A DNA stretch of 64,000 nt from Phoronis australis. Lineage: Eukaryota; Animalia; Phoronida. The notes below the pieces were generated by a model. The model did no database searches. It worked only from the letters and a program-made list of their open reading frames with translations, and was not told the origin of the DNA. The number at the start of each line of letters is the position of its first letter. Position 1 is the stretch's first letter. Made by a program: the position numbers and the translations under genes. Positions 49,291 through 62,819 of the stretch are shown one piece after another. The stretch lies in the NCBI GenBank assembly GCA_002633005.1, contig NMRA01000817.1, forward strand, positions 1 through 64,000, given 5' to 3'.

Positions 49291-50665
49291 ATTATAGATT
49301 AATATCAACTTATCCATGAATTAATAATTTGTCTAATTAAGCTATTTTCATTTAAAATCACGTACATACTGATACGTTTAGGCGCTTAAGTTCTTCACCA
49401 CTGGTTCAAACTTGGATTTCGCAAAAAGCCCTCGGGTAAGCAGTGACGTACTCCAGTCACGTGATCGTACGTCTGGAGTTCGTAGTAAGTAGAACAGATA
49501 TTGTCAAAAATAATTTAGGGTTGTGGTTTGAAATTTAGATGCCGAGTCCTGGTCAGGGTAATTGATCAAAATTATACAAAGCTGATTGCGAATCGATCCG
49601 TATCACTGTGTGAAAAGCACCCCACAAACTGTTGCCTCGTTGGATATTTAGTTCGGCAGTGACAGGTCACGTTTCTAGTGGGCATCCAACTGACGGTGGA
49701 TCTAACGACTCTTACCCTGATGTTTTCGGCGTGCTGCGGTTGTTTATTTCATTTTGCAGTCAACCGAACTTTTGATGCAGAGGTTTTTGTTGACGTCACA
49801 TCAACTGTGACGAAAATTCACGAAGTACTTTCCTACAGAACGCCGGACGAATCTTTGTATATGTATGTTCAAATTTGGAAGAAGTGGAAAATGTTTGAAA
49901 CGAAATTCCATGAATGGTCTGGGCATCGTTTTATGAAAAGCGGCTTTGAAACGTCTCTTTCGCTCTCATATCGTTGAACTGTTCTTGTTTTCCTGTGGAA
50001 TTGTAATTATTAATTTAGCGAGGTTGTACAGTTGATTATTCGAGTAATTTGCAATGATATTTGACTTGCAATTACTACGCAATAATGGTTCTATGGCTGA
50101 AAAACACTTTTGTGCAGGATATGCTTTCTGAATTTATTAGCTTTAACCAGAACTTTAAAATAGTAAACTGTATTATATTTTCCCGATTCTTTTTAAAAGC
50201 TTTCAGTCAATTAGTGAAACTAAAATCCAGGCGGCGACTTCATCAGCTCTGACGTTCCTTGGACACTGTGTTTGTGAAAATGTCTGACACGTGTAGCAGT
50301 GCTGGTCACTGCATTGTGAAAAATCCCGCTTATCTTGAGTGTATGCGTGAGAAAAAACTGAGGCGAAGAGAGCTAAAGATCATTGCAGGAATGACCTCTA
50401 AGTTTTGGGAAAGAAATCTAGCGCTGTAATAGTGTGTACGAGGTGACTTCAACTTTTCCAGAAATCTCGAGACTTGAGACTTGGTCAAAAAATTGGTCTT
50501 TCGATCCACACATCTATTTCTGAAAAAAATATTAAATATCACTTGAGCAAAAGTTCGGTGTCTGACAATGAACACTATCACTCTAGTTACTGAGATAATT
50601 TTTATCTTATATTTGTAGACTATAATGCGCTCATACTTATTTTACTAAATCTATTTTCGGTAAGT

Positions 50666-51837
50666 TTAAAGTGGGAATGTAAGACCACAATTCTGCCTTA
50701 GATCTGTTATGTCACTTTGATTAGACTGACCCCTGTCGGGTAGGTTTGCATTCCTCTCCCGTCTTCCAGAAATAGCTTCACATTCACGCTTTCCCTTTCT
50801 TGATTTTAACCTTAAACCTACGATTCTTTTTGAAAGGCTTCTAATTTCTTGTAATGTTGGTAGTTATTATAATTACAAGGTTCTGGGATTTTGAAACCTT
50901 GTAATGAGCTGCCAAAATATGCACTTTTGTGAGCAAATGTTACGAAGCAGTGTTAATGAGGTCAGGCCAAAGTGACAAACTTCAAACCTGTATTAATAAA
51001 GTTATCGACGGTGAATCGTTCTGTTGAATTGACAACCAAAGAACTTCAGTTGGTGCCCGTTGTCATCTTGTGTTATTGAGATTGTGAAATCTGAATAGTG
51101 TAACATGAACAAGATGTTTATTTTTCAATCAAGTGGTGAGTATTGGCCGTTGTTGTGGTTTGTCAGCTTCAAATTTGAAAAATAAGAACAAAAACATCGA
51201 CACTAGCAGAATTAGTTTCAGTGATTACGTGTATAATTTGAAACAACCTGTACCATGACTGAGATTTCTCACCGTTAATGGCCGAGAAAGTCGTACATGT
51301 ATACGTGAGATACGGGAAAGCATCTGCGACAAACTTTCACAAGAGTTCAAAGAGGCAGTTTATTTTTTAGGGACAGTGTTTGTGTGACAATTAAGTCGTT
51401 AACAGTCATCTTTGAGTGCTACCCGACTACCAGTCATAGGTATTTATGTATGGATTTAGTGTTTCCGGTTCTAATGAAAGTCTATACCGGCCTATGATTT
51501 TATCTAAGCAATGAAATTTGTAAAGTCTTCGGAAATTTCCATCACATTTTGTAAGGCAACACCTTCGTGATCTTAATGCTTGAATGGTTGCTTATTTAAT
51601 ATAATAATATTTCATACTCGACTACTAATAGAGTAAGTGGTACCACTCATAGTTGAATTCAACCCGAGAACGACCCTGTGAGGGAGTAAAAAGGGGTCCA
51701 TGTTGGATTCCTCTCTCCAACTTTTCTGCTAAGACTTGTGGGAAAAGTTTCACTTAAAATCTATAATCCAATAGATGTTCTGCCACTTGTATTATTGCAC
51801 AGAAATCAGTTAAGCATCGCCACATTCCTACCTTTAA
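50666..51837. mobile_element. Possible TTAA-flanked non-autonomous DNA transposon (Kolobok-like)
   Basis: Left TTAA-AGTGGGAATGT; right ACATTCCTACCT-TTAA; imperfect short TIR. Confidence 0.4.
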
Positions 51838-53684
51838 TATCTGACGTGAAATGCATGGCATAAGATATGTGCATAATCCGTTTCAGCACGTCACTGCGGT
51901 CCTTCACAGTAAATTCCCGGGGTCGGCTCCCCTGTTTCTCAAAAAATTGCAAGCTGAATTTTCTCATTTCTGTTCATATGTGCGGTTCTTGAAATCTGAT
52001 GAACTCTACCAGAAAACTTTAAAGTCTGCTTTCACGCAGCGTTGGCTGTTGCGCAGATAGTTTTGCGAGTGCTTGGCCATACGACTATAACTGAAGACTG
52101 CTGACGGAAATGCCACGTTCCTAACCTCATTCACAAAACGTCATTCATGTTTATTCATAGCAGTGCCTTTAGCTTAATTCATATGCTTTTCATACAGATA
52201 TTTATTTTGTGATAAATAGTGCAACAATAGATTCATTGAGCTACCTGCATGTATTTGCTTAACATGAAATATGTACTGTTAATCCAATTTGCTGACTATG
52301 GGAAAATTTTGCGTATCCGGGGAGAACTTTTAGACTTATTTTAGTTGGCCTGTGTGTATTGTCATTCTAAGTGTGTCCCGATCAACTTCTGTTTACCTTT
52401 GCAACGTTCTGTTTTATTGCAATGTTCACTCTGGAATGATCATTTCGGTTTTATGGTAAATCGCCGTGCGTCACAATTTATTTCGAAGCACTGTTTAAAG
52501 CCGAAGCATATGTCGCAAAGACCTGAAACTGTAAAGTCGTATTGAACTCTGAAAGTAACTTTTCATAAATATATTCTTGGTGTTTTATCTCTCTGTATTA
52601 CCTGTGAAGATTGTATTAAGACGAATTTACTCCTGATAAAGAGTTAGGCAGAAGTAATACGTTGTTCGTAGCATGTCGCATTCAATTGAGTTTTAACAAT
52701 CTCGCTGGCAACACGATGAACCGATGATGTTTAATGAGGCTGATTTTCGCGCGAGATTGAAGACAAGCGATCCTCGATCGAACAAGACTCGTTCACTATT
52801 GTTGTTGCGTCGCTACTGAAATCTCGGCGATGAGACCACTGATCAATTATTAATGCGATTTATATTATTAGCCAATAATGATTTATTCTGTTTGGTTTCT
52901 GCGTCGGAGGGGAGTCACTCCGCATAATTAGCAGGGGTGTTGTTCAGCTGTAACGGGACGCAATCAGTTTAGGTCTTATATATACATATTTGGGACAGGA
53001 TAGTCTTATTGAAAACAAAATAGCTTTGATGACAAATTACGTTATTAAATTATGTTTCTTTAAAAGTTAGAGTAATTTGGTGAAATCACCACTATCATTA
53101 TTGCTCAGCTAAAGTAGTGTCGTGTCGTTTGATATACTCTTGTGGGTTTGGCGAATCTTTATTCTGTTTCAAAGCTTCACTGCCCCAGTAACAGGCAATG
53201 TAACCTGATGATGTATGATTAATAGGCTAAAACGACGTCTTACACCCCTGATTTCAGTATTTCTGTAATGTTTTGTTTTCTTACTTAAATGAGTTACGGG
53301 TCCTAAATGAGACAGGATAATTCATTAAATCTACCGTCAGTTACGTACTGTACAAGGATGTAAATCAGACCTACTATCGACCAGTGCTTGAAACTGAGTT
53401 ACTTTCGAATGTGTTATGCGTCGTGTCTACACCGTCTGCACTTACAAAGTGCACCCCCGGAAATCTAGCGTGGAATGGTACCCTGGGTAATCCGTCTCTG
53501 GGACCAATGCTGTTAACCTATTCATTCCATGACTATTCTTCCAATACTAATTCTTATTCATAGTTAACTACAATCGACATAATAACTTGGCGCGGTTGTC
53601 CGGCAGCCTTTCACTCTTGCCGGCGACAGCAGCTGTGACGAACCTCATCGATACCCTGTAGATATTTCGCCGAACGCGAAAAAA

Positions 53685-55007
53685 ATGTTCTGCAATCTGT
53701 TTGTTTGGATTTCTTTTTTATTCATTCGCTCCGTTTTCAAGCTGATTCAGCGAGCGTGGTGGATTGTGACTGGACTGAGTAAGCAACTAGCCGAAAACCA
53801 AACGGGAGGTTTCGAGCAATGTGCGCAAGTCTTGGACATTCGTTCTAGGCGTATCAACACGCTGAGTCGCGTAGCCACCCGGAAGCATTTCATCGCGACA
53901 CATAGCCACTTTGAGCATCCGCATTGCATTTTGACTGACGAAGTTACCCTCTATAGCGTCTCCGAATATGAGGCTGTGTTCGTGCGTGCGGAAAAGGGTG
54001 TTTACGTGACCGATTCCGATCGCCACCCTTTCCTCAGTTTTGCTCAATTTAATCACGCGCGCCAGTTGATCATCATTCCCATCAAGCATTTCCATCGTCT
54101 TGCTAACGATCTTGGCGATCCGGCTCATCCCGTTATCCACATGGCTAACACCGGCCGTTGTGGCTCTACGCTGCTGTCACAGATGTTGGAGACGCTGCCT
54201 GGAGTCATCTCTTTTGCCGAGCCGTATGTCTTCTGTAACGTTCACTTCATGGAAGCTAGTGGCTCATTGGACCACGAACAGGCAAACTTATACGCCCGGA
54301 GCTGTTTGCGACTTCTGTGCAAATCGCAGAGAAAGGATACTACCACGTACTTTATTAAACAGCGCCCAAGTTCAGACTGTATCGAGTACATGACGGCGGC
54401 TTTGCCAGATGTAAAGCACATTTTCATGTACCGCGCTAATGCTCTCAACTGCGCAGTCTCTTATTGGAAATTCTATAGAACAATGGAAGTGGGTATGATG
54501 TACAGGATCAAGGAGTCGTGGTTCGTGAAGACCTTCTGTCCATCTCTTGCCAAATATATCTGCGAGACTCTGATGACGCTCAACTGTACCATCGTATGGT
54601 GGCGTAAGGAAGATAGTTACTCCGACCTTCCTTTTTTAGACATTCTATTTCTACGATATGCGCGCAAGTGCCAAATTTACGAATCACGTAGAAATAAGCA
54701 CAATATCGGCGGTATTCGTTACGAAGACCTTATTCACAACACAGAAAACGCTTGCAGAGCGATTGCGGACCATTGTGGTCTTCCTGAAGAATTCGTTCGC
54801 CTTGCACCGGAAGCACTGAAGAAAGACTCTCAAGCAGGCACCATCATCAGTCGCAAACAACTGTCGAAGCTCGACTCGCCGATCGACGACATAACCATGG
54901 CGCGCCTGTCGGACATGTGTAACAAGTTTGGAATTCCATCTTTCGACAAAGAATGGTGTTTGCCTGGTACCATTACTGCGCCTTCTATGGCTAAACTGTC
55001 TTTGTAA
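53685..55007 (+). CDS. Intronless 440-aa P-loop sulfotransferase-like protein
   Basis: 1323-nt ORF. 5'-PSB-like loop NTGRCGSTLLSQML, EP motif, 3'-PB-like HIFMYR…S, IRYEDL and DSQAGT; hydrophobic N-terminus MFCNLFVWISFLFIRSVFKLI. Confidence 0.88.
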   Translation: MFCNLFVWISFLFIRSVFKLIQRAWWIVTGLSKQLAENQTGGFEQCAQVLDIRSRRINTLSRVATRKHFIATHSHFEHPHCILTDEVTLYSVSEYEAVFVRAEKGVYVTDSDRHPFLSFAQFNHARQLIIIPIKHFHRLANDLGDPAHPVIHMANTGRCGSTLLSQMLETLPGVISFAEPYVFCNVHFMEASGSLDHEQANLYARSCLRLLCKSQRKDTTTYFIKQRPSSDCIEYMTAALPDVKHIFMYRANALNCAVSYWKFYRTMEVGMMYRIKESWFVKTFCPSLAKYICETLMTLNCTIVWWRKEDSYSDLPFLDILFLRYARKCQIYESRRNKHNIGGIRYEDLIHNTENACRAIADHCGLPEEFVRLAPEALKKDSQAGTIISRKQLSKLDSPIDDITMARLSDMCNKFGIPSFDKEWCLPGTITAPSMAKLSL

Positions 55008-56219
55008 ATCTGGACGCATTTTGCACCTGACTTCAGATACTCGGTGAATCCCAATAGATGTCGCTGTTTTGATATTTGCGTGCACCCAGGGTGACATTTT
55101 TGTCTTAGATATGTTTTATTAGCGTGGTACTTTAGAAATTACTCGTACACACGTTTGTAGTTGTGACTGTGTGATTTAGTTGTTTCTTAATATATTGCTG
55201 TTACTGACGCAACGTATATGAGTTTTTTTTTTATTTTCGTTGTTTGAAAAGATATTCATTTACTATTTTTCGCCAATCACAGGAAGGACAAGGGTTTTTT
55301 TAGAGAGTCCTACTGCCATCCTGTGTTATGTCCATCACAACGAATGAATTATGCGACACGACTTTTAATCAGTCACTATGTGGTGAGACCGGCTCGACCG
55401 TGAATCGGCTCACCAAGAACTCTCAAACATCATGTCGTGGCAATCGACGACATGAGTCCACTCCAAGAGTACTTCAGCAAAAAGCCGTTTTAAGTTTAGA
55501 CTATACGTACAAGGGAAGTGGCAGAAATGGAGCCCATAGCTACTATAAAATGCCATTTAGCATTGTTTTTGAAGCCTTAAATTACAAGATAACAGCATGA
55601 CTTTTTCGAGTGAAATTGTCGCAGGCAGTTACTATGACTAACTTGTGGAGATAACTCTGACCAAATATCACTGAGTAAGATAATACAGGCTGATGTTGGC
55701 TTACAAAGAGAACTTATAACTGCGTAGATGACTAGTGTGGTGCTGTAAGAATTCAATGGTTCAGTCGTGAGTTGCGAAACGTTGACTGAGCATGCTATCC
55801 CGTTAAGCCAAGTTGAGTCGCGTTGATGGCGGGCTTAACAATTTGGTTTTACGGAGTTGATCTGTATTGATTAATTTTTTCCTAATGGGAAAGTTTATTA
55901 CCGGTAAGCTCTTCTTCTTGGTAATCTCATGGGCTAACTTATTGATTGCTGTAATTAGATCAACAGCTTAATGTTAAAGGAAGTTACCACGTCTTGTAGA
56001 ATACTTTATCACTGCGTGTTTGAGTTCAATCGCTTACCGGAAGTGTTATATATGATGGAGGTAACTGTTATCGTGTATCAGTAAGATAATATACGCTAGT
56101 GCTGACTTACGAAGTAAATGCGACTCAGTCGTGATCGAGACGGTCTTGCCACCTGGTAACTAAGGTCAATCTCGTTATGTTAATAAAAATGAAATGTACC
56201 TGCTGTATATAAAACATAC

Positions 56220-56366
56220 TTCTCCCTCTCTCCCCCCTCCCTCCCTCCCTCCTCCGCTCCCTCCCTCCCTCCCTNNNNNNNNNNNNNNNNNNNNNNNNNN
56301 NNNNNNNNNNNNNNNNCTTCTCTCTCCCTTCGCCCCTCCCTCCCACCCTCCTCCTCTCTACCCCCT
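56220..56366. repeat. CT-rich low-complexity tract spanning an N gap
   Basis: (CCCT)n-like sequence on both sides of Ns at 56275-56315. Confidence 0.9.
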
Positions 56367-58872
56367 CAGTCCTGTTCACTCCGGATCGGACAGTGGGTAC
56401 TGTACTCAGGATCAACATTTCTCCACCTCTTGACACCTACATGTAGGCATGCCACGTGGAACACAGTGAAAGCCTGTAGTGTCACTCCACAGACACACAA
56501 AAACAGCGATTGACATGAACAATGGCATTTTTGAACCAGAATGGCATCTTTATCGTCGTAAACGCAAAAGTTAAACTAACTCTCAAAGTTTAAGTTAAAG
56601 GGTGAAAAACCTCAATATTGAGTTAAATACTCACTTCATCAGCAAATTTTTCTTAATAATCATAAAGTTTTCTAAAATCCGGTTCATGTGAATTGAGGTC
56701 TTTTGAAAGAGCACCTTTTCGGGGACGCTGTGCAAGGGGTGCAATTTTCGCAAGTTCCCAATAAATGTTGGCATACGGCTACAACTTCTAAAAGCGCACG
56801 TAAATGCACTCACACTAGGGCGCGCTACTGAGCGAACTTAAGAATCATCACTGCATTGATGGGGTGCAACAGAGCATCAATTTCAAGCATGGTTTATTCT
56901 CATTGGATATTGCACAGGAGCCTATTTGCGATTATAGGCTCAGGTTCAAATGTAGGCTCATATATGGGTCTAAATACGCGCATGCAGGGTAAAAATTTAA
57001 CTTTGTAACTATCGACCATTGAAGTTCGCAAGATATATGGTGACATTTTAAAAATCTGTAAAGAATTTCTTTCTCATTAACTGTTGTTCCGAAGTAGCTG
57101 TTTACATTTTATGTGTACTTAATTTATCTTTCAAATGTTTTGAGCTTGGGAACATCCAGCAAGCTTAGGTTGTTTAATTAGACATATACCATATCTATCA
57201 ACAATACGATCAAGACCCAGGATCGAGGAATTTTTATTGTGTTGAATATTAACTATTTACTATCAAAACAAGTACAAATTATTTGAGGTGATTATTTTTG
57301 TTGTTAAGATCAGCCATGTTATGAACCACTTGTTGGATATGTTCGGTAAAAAATAGCGATATTTTACTTGCGCGCATTGATCTTTGTATACTCTTTTCAT
57401 AGGCTGTGACGATCAGTGTCAGATTTTTATGACGTATCTTCATTTAAATGTTCACAAATCGTGTTTTATTAACTAGAAGCTTACGAAAATTGTCCAATAT
57501 TGGACGAAACGGTCTCACCAGCTGGTGACTGATGCAGTAATCAAGGCTGGATGTGAGATACGAATGTCCGAGACGCTGACGACTCCTATCGGGTAAAATG
57601 GAAAAGCTGTCTGCGTTTGTTGTAGTGACGCGTTTTTCTTAGTGAAGCACTGGATATGGCTGTTTAGAATTCTTGGTCAGGTTGCATTTAGATATTGGCC
57701 TTTGTGATCATGATTATTTTGCGTTCTCGATTGCTTGTGACTTGAGAGCATCAGGAATGCTTGCATGACCTGCATATTCGTTTATTTATTATTAGTTTCG
57801 TATATTGAACGTTAAGCCGTGGATCTTTGTATTTTATTGCTTTCACAGTGGAATGACTTTTGTCAGAAAGGGCACACGCCATAGAGATTACATGTAATTG
57901 AAGAAACGGTACAACATTCACCTCTATTGGTTTATATTAACCTCCCAGTTAAAACTGCATTTCGCTGCTGTTTGGTTGTTCATCATGAACAAGATTGATA
58001 TCTGGTTGCTTATTTTTGATTGCATTGTCCAGCTGTCAAAGTAATGTCTATTGAGAGACGTGTGGGCTCTTTCGTGAGTTTTCGCAAACATCAGTTTGCA
58101 AAGAAATTTGGAATGTGCTACCTGGATTTTAACATGATCTTTTTTAAGCTCACGTTTGATGCTGAACTCTTAACCGAGTCGCTTTGGGGCTTGAAACATC
58201 ACCACACTCACCCCATCTTGAAGTGTTGCCGAACTGAGAACTCTGCTCTAGTTACAGGTGAATGCTGCCACTGTAAGTTTGGCCAACCTCAATGAACTCG
58301 AAAGCACATTCTTGACTCTCTGATGCTTTCGATGTTGTAAAATAGTAACGTATACTATCCAGTTATAGAATGTGAAGACTGGACCTGCACTAAAAGTACA
58401 GATGCCAGGTGAATTGGAAAGAGGCGTTTGTTCCGTGTTCATTATAGTCTCCTTGACGAATGTTTACCATCCGTGCCACAAAAGGAAGTGACGCATACGT
58501 CGCGGCAAAAGACACACCACATTAGACATAGTTCGCCTTTCGCGCCCATTCCGAGCTAACACGAATAACTGTGACATGCAAAGTGTGTCGATGCTTTTAT
58601 TTTCAGTAAGAATATTGATTTGTAATCATAAGTTATGCAACTGCAAACTTTCACTTTTACTGAGGGTGATGATTTTTTCCGAATTCCATATTTCGGTTCC
58701 ACTCACCAATAGAAACGCCGTTTTATGGTTTTGGTTGTCTTTTTGTCTGAATGGCGATTTCACACCTGTAGATGGATAATTTATTACTGAGTTTCTGCCT
58801 TGTTCCAAAGGCTTTTAATCTCAATTGAAATCGTTCTTTGCCAAACTACTTGGGCTATTTCTACAATATCTC

Positions 58873-59188
58873 CATAGGCAGAGTAAGGGGGGGGGGGCAG
58901 GGCCCCCCACCTTGGCTGCCGCAGGAAAATTGAAACAGCAACAGCGTGAAGAAATACCAGTAACTAGAACCGGTATGGGATGAGGGGGAGGGGGCTCAGA
59001 TTCCAGAGCAAATGTGTTCCCGATTTCTTTTTTTAGTCCACCGATAGATTTCCTGAACGGAAGGTCCTGAACCGAACCCCCGCAATTTACAACTTTCGGG
59101 CCCACGTGCACATACAATCGCGTTTTGTCCTATTCCCCGAGGCAACATGTTGCCCCCCCCCCGTTATGGTTTCCTAGATCCGTCACTG
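58873..59188. mobile_element. GC-rich MITE-like relic; a related 5' fragment lies at about 60009-60070
   Basis: CATAGGCAGAGTAAGGG…CCTAGATCCGTCACTG ends; GGCCCCCC…TTGGCTGCCGCA…AAACAGCAA shared with 60025-60065. Confidence 0.4.
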
Positions 59189-62100
59189 GTCTTACATAAA
59201 ACCTCCCACGCTGATATGACGTGCTTGCGGTGGAAAATGCCGGTTCGTATCCGTCTTTTGAGGAGTGGGCTATTATCAGTATTGGAAGCGACGATTGGGC
59301 GTCGGCGTAAAGAAATCCTCAATTGCTAAGACTGGTTCGATAAAAACTGCCCGGGATAAAACTCAATCTGCGTACTGATCGGCCGAGCATGTCTCGATAT
59401 GCGACCTCTCATCATGCAGAACTGCTCGGTCTGGTAGGCTTCCTGGATTGCTTTTTGTGGGGAGCCTCTAGACTAGTATACACTTTGCCTATAAAGCTCA
59501 TTTTTTAGTTGTTCAAACGTGATACTAAGATTTATGTAGCTTTAAAAAAGAATGTGAGTTATTTCTGTGCTTGTTACTACACCAGACTTGTCGTCTTTTA
59601 TAACCACACTACAGCATAGTGATCACGCTAAGTTAAAGATTAAGTGAAAGCTACCATTATTCGATGAAAATACGAAACGTTCAACAGAGGGTAGGCCTAA
59701 CTTAAATGTCTTAATGATGCAATTACAGCGAATACCATGCAGTAATTTAACTTGGACACAACCGTATACCTACCGGAGCTAACTGCTTGCCTTCGACAAC
59801 TAAGTTGAAGGTTTTCCTTAGATATGAACCTAAATATTTCGCTGGATGATTAGAAAAGCATATACAGTGTTATCGACTCGACCTACTTTACTCGGGGAAT
59901 CCCATCAGTTGTGACCTACTTTTCATTTGGCAGAATTTAGCAGACGGCAGAATCGGTGAATCTTCACTGATTTTATTGGAAATATGACATCTATGGCATC
60001 GTATATCTCATAGGCGGATTCAGAGGGCCCCCCTTTGGCTGCCGCAAAAAAATAAAACAGCAAGAGCTTAGGGAATTGTTGAGTTTATTAATTAACCCCG
60101 GTAATTAAAATTATACGAATGAAACAAGATTTAAATGTGTGGAGTTTTAGTGTTTTGGGGGTCTCAGATCCAATTTCAAGTGTCAAATTCGGAACACGGC
60201 GCATTCGTAACGGAACTATGGCTAAGTATAGGCTCTCCCAGGCGACCGGCAGTGGCACTGCGCACTACGACTCCGTTTCTGTCGTCTGCTCTACGGTGCA
60301 ATGAAGAAAATTTCTTCATTTTTTAAAGAAAATGAAATCTTAGTGACGATGAAAAAACAGAAGCTGCTGGTAAGATGAGAATTTTAATCGAAGCCTTGGT
60401 GAATCACTCAGAAACTCGTAATACTCTCTTTGTCAAACTTTAACTTAAGACGATTTCCAAAGCAATCCCGTCATTTTTGCCAACACGAAAAACGGATTTG
60501 GTCATTTGGGCATTTGAAGACTATTTTAAATACAGCAAATTTTTTATGAACCGATTGCACGAAAGATAAAACTTGTAATAAGCATTACAAAAAGAAGTAG
60601 GTTTCGCGCGCAAATGCTGTGAACTATAGACCCAATTCACGCCGACAGGAGGCGCGTTCCAAAACGAGGCTCGCTGCAATAGCTCTGTTGGCTTATCGGC
60701 ATAGCTGTATTTCAGTGCGTTGCTCCGCCGAACGGCTAGACAAAATACGGACACTCAACTGTTTGCTTTACAATCCCTAAAGACGTTGAGATTCGGAAGC
60801 GTTGGGTCGTTGCCATACGCCGCGACGAAGCAAAATATGTCTGTGTAAAATTTATAAATGTTTTCGAAAAGTAAGAACGTATTTTGTCGCATCTCGGTTG
60901 CCAAGCATCATAGTAGGCCTGCGACCGGATAATGGGCCAGCCAGGCTGTGTTTTCATGACTACTTGTTGAACATTATAATTTTTCTTTCCAAAAAGGACA
61001 GGGTCCTCAATCCCTCGAATTTGGGGCCCAATATTGGCCCTATTTTTCTCTCAAAAATATTGAAATATCACGCGAAATTCCCCCCACGAGGGCATAAAAA
61101 ATTCCCCAAGTGAAAAATTCTCTCTGAGTTCACATCACCTGTAACCACACAGGTGACAAATTTTAAGAGCACAAAAGGCTACTTTAAATTGAGACAGAGC
61201 CTATGAGAGCTTGCAACAGGGCGGGGATGCTATTGATGGTGATCGGGAGGTAGATTGTTCCCCTCACTCGGTGAAAAGATCCGCCCTCTCAGTAGGCACT
61301 GGCACCTTTTCTCTTCAGATGAACGAGGCTCCTGGAGAAACATGATAACTATGATTGCTTTATCCAGTTAACTGAAATTGAGTTCTAAAACGAGATCATG
61401 CTTTGGACGAACGAATTAAGTGTTTTAATTTTAAAATTCGCCTTGGTCAAGATTGATATTTGAAACCTAACACATGAAATTGACGTAAGTAAGAATTGCT
61501 ACAACCAAGAAAGCAGAATTGATGGTCAAATAATTTTGATCTTCAATTGCGAGCCTGGCTTTCTTTGTTAATAAAAATATATTTAATAATATCAATATTC
61601 TTTCAGATCAATGACAAATCAACTGTTAGTCCCACTGAGTGCATACCTCACCAGGGTAAGGCTATGCTTGATGTTAATATTCTTGATCAACAAATTAAAC
61701 CAGATGTGACTAAATTGCTCATGACAGCCACCACTGTCGAATATGTCTTTTGTGTGCGCTCTTTAAGGTCGGCTTTCGGCGCCGTCACCTGTTGCCTTAT
61801 TGGCCATTTTCGTTCCCGTAGTTTTTCTTCTTCCAAGTCTAACAAGCGATCGAACTGTTCTTTGAAGTTGTGCACATGTCACAACAAGATATCAGAGTTG
61901 ATTTCATTTCCTTCAAAGTTCAAGTTTAGTATCTTAATACCAGAAAACCGAATTTCATAAAAAATTTGCTCCTGCGAAGCTGTCATCATACCCCGACAGA
62001 TGAAGTAAAATTTTAGGAAATAGCGCGTGTTGAGCCGCTGTTTTCTTTGTTACAAAAGGCTGAGAATTATGAGATAAAATAATGTTTACTAGCTTGTTTT

Positions 62101-62645
62101 TCACTTAAACGGCTCCAGCGAGCAAGGTGTCTGTTGACACCCAGATATGTGCACGCTCCCCTGCCGGTTAGTTGAGCCCTACATGTTGATACAAACTTCG
62201 CGACGAAGTACCCGAGCTATGTGAAATTTCGGAGTCTAACGGAGCTCAACGCACAGTGCTACTGGTACCTAGCTGTATTTTGAAGAATATCTTCATCCAG
62301 CTAGCTTGCTGGCTAAGCCCCGGGATGAATCAACGTCACAGGAAAGAAAAGCGCAAAAATTTGTGAGTAGGCACATGTTGATCTGTCGACTGGGCTGGCA
62401 CGGCTAATGACCAAAATCTCGTTGTGCTATACAGTCTCAGTGACGTCACGAAAAACAGCGCTTGCAGTGGGACTTTACGGAGCTAATAATTTTTTACTTT
62501 TCAAAGTAAAAAAGAAAAATACTGTGTCAGTTTCGTGGCTAGTTCTCATAAATAATTACGTGCACATTATTTCTTTGGCTCACTGTTATAGTCTTTTCGT
62601 GACTGGAAGTTTAGTTTCCCAACTCAAGCTGGTTTATGTTTGTGC

Positions 62646-62819
62646 CAGTCCCGGCGGCCGTGACGGGCCTAGTGATCGGGTTCCGAGCCACTGGCCGGGA
62701 TAACGAGTCAGTCCGGCCGCGACGGGGCTGATCGGGTTCCGAGCCACTGGCCGGGATAACGAGTCAGTCCGGCCGCGACGGGACTGATCGGGTTCCGAGC
62801 CACTGGCCGAGATAACGAG
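62646..62819. repeat. GC/CpG-rich 56-bp tandem repeat, 3 copies
   Basis: CAGTCCGGCCGCGACGGGGCTGATCGGGTTCCGAGCCACTGGCCGGGATAACGAGT at 62709 and 62765; a longer diverged first copy from 62646. Confidence 0.92.

Noticed and set aside
53747-55097. Several antisense and alternative-frame ORFs overlapping the sulfotransferase-like gene
   Set aside because: Expected shadow ORFs of a GC-richer coding sequence.
56125-56436. Pro-rich and Gly/Arg-rich ORFs
   Set aside because: Translation of a CT-rich simple repeat across an assembly gap.
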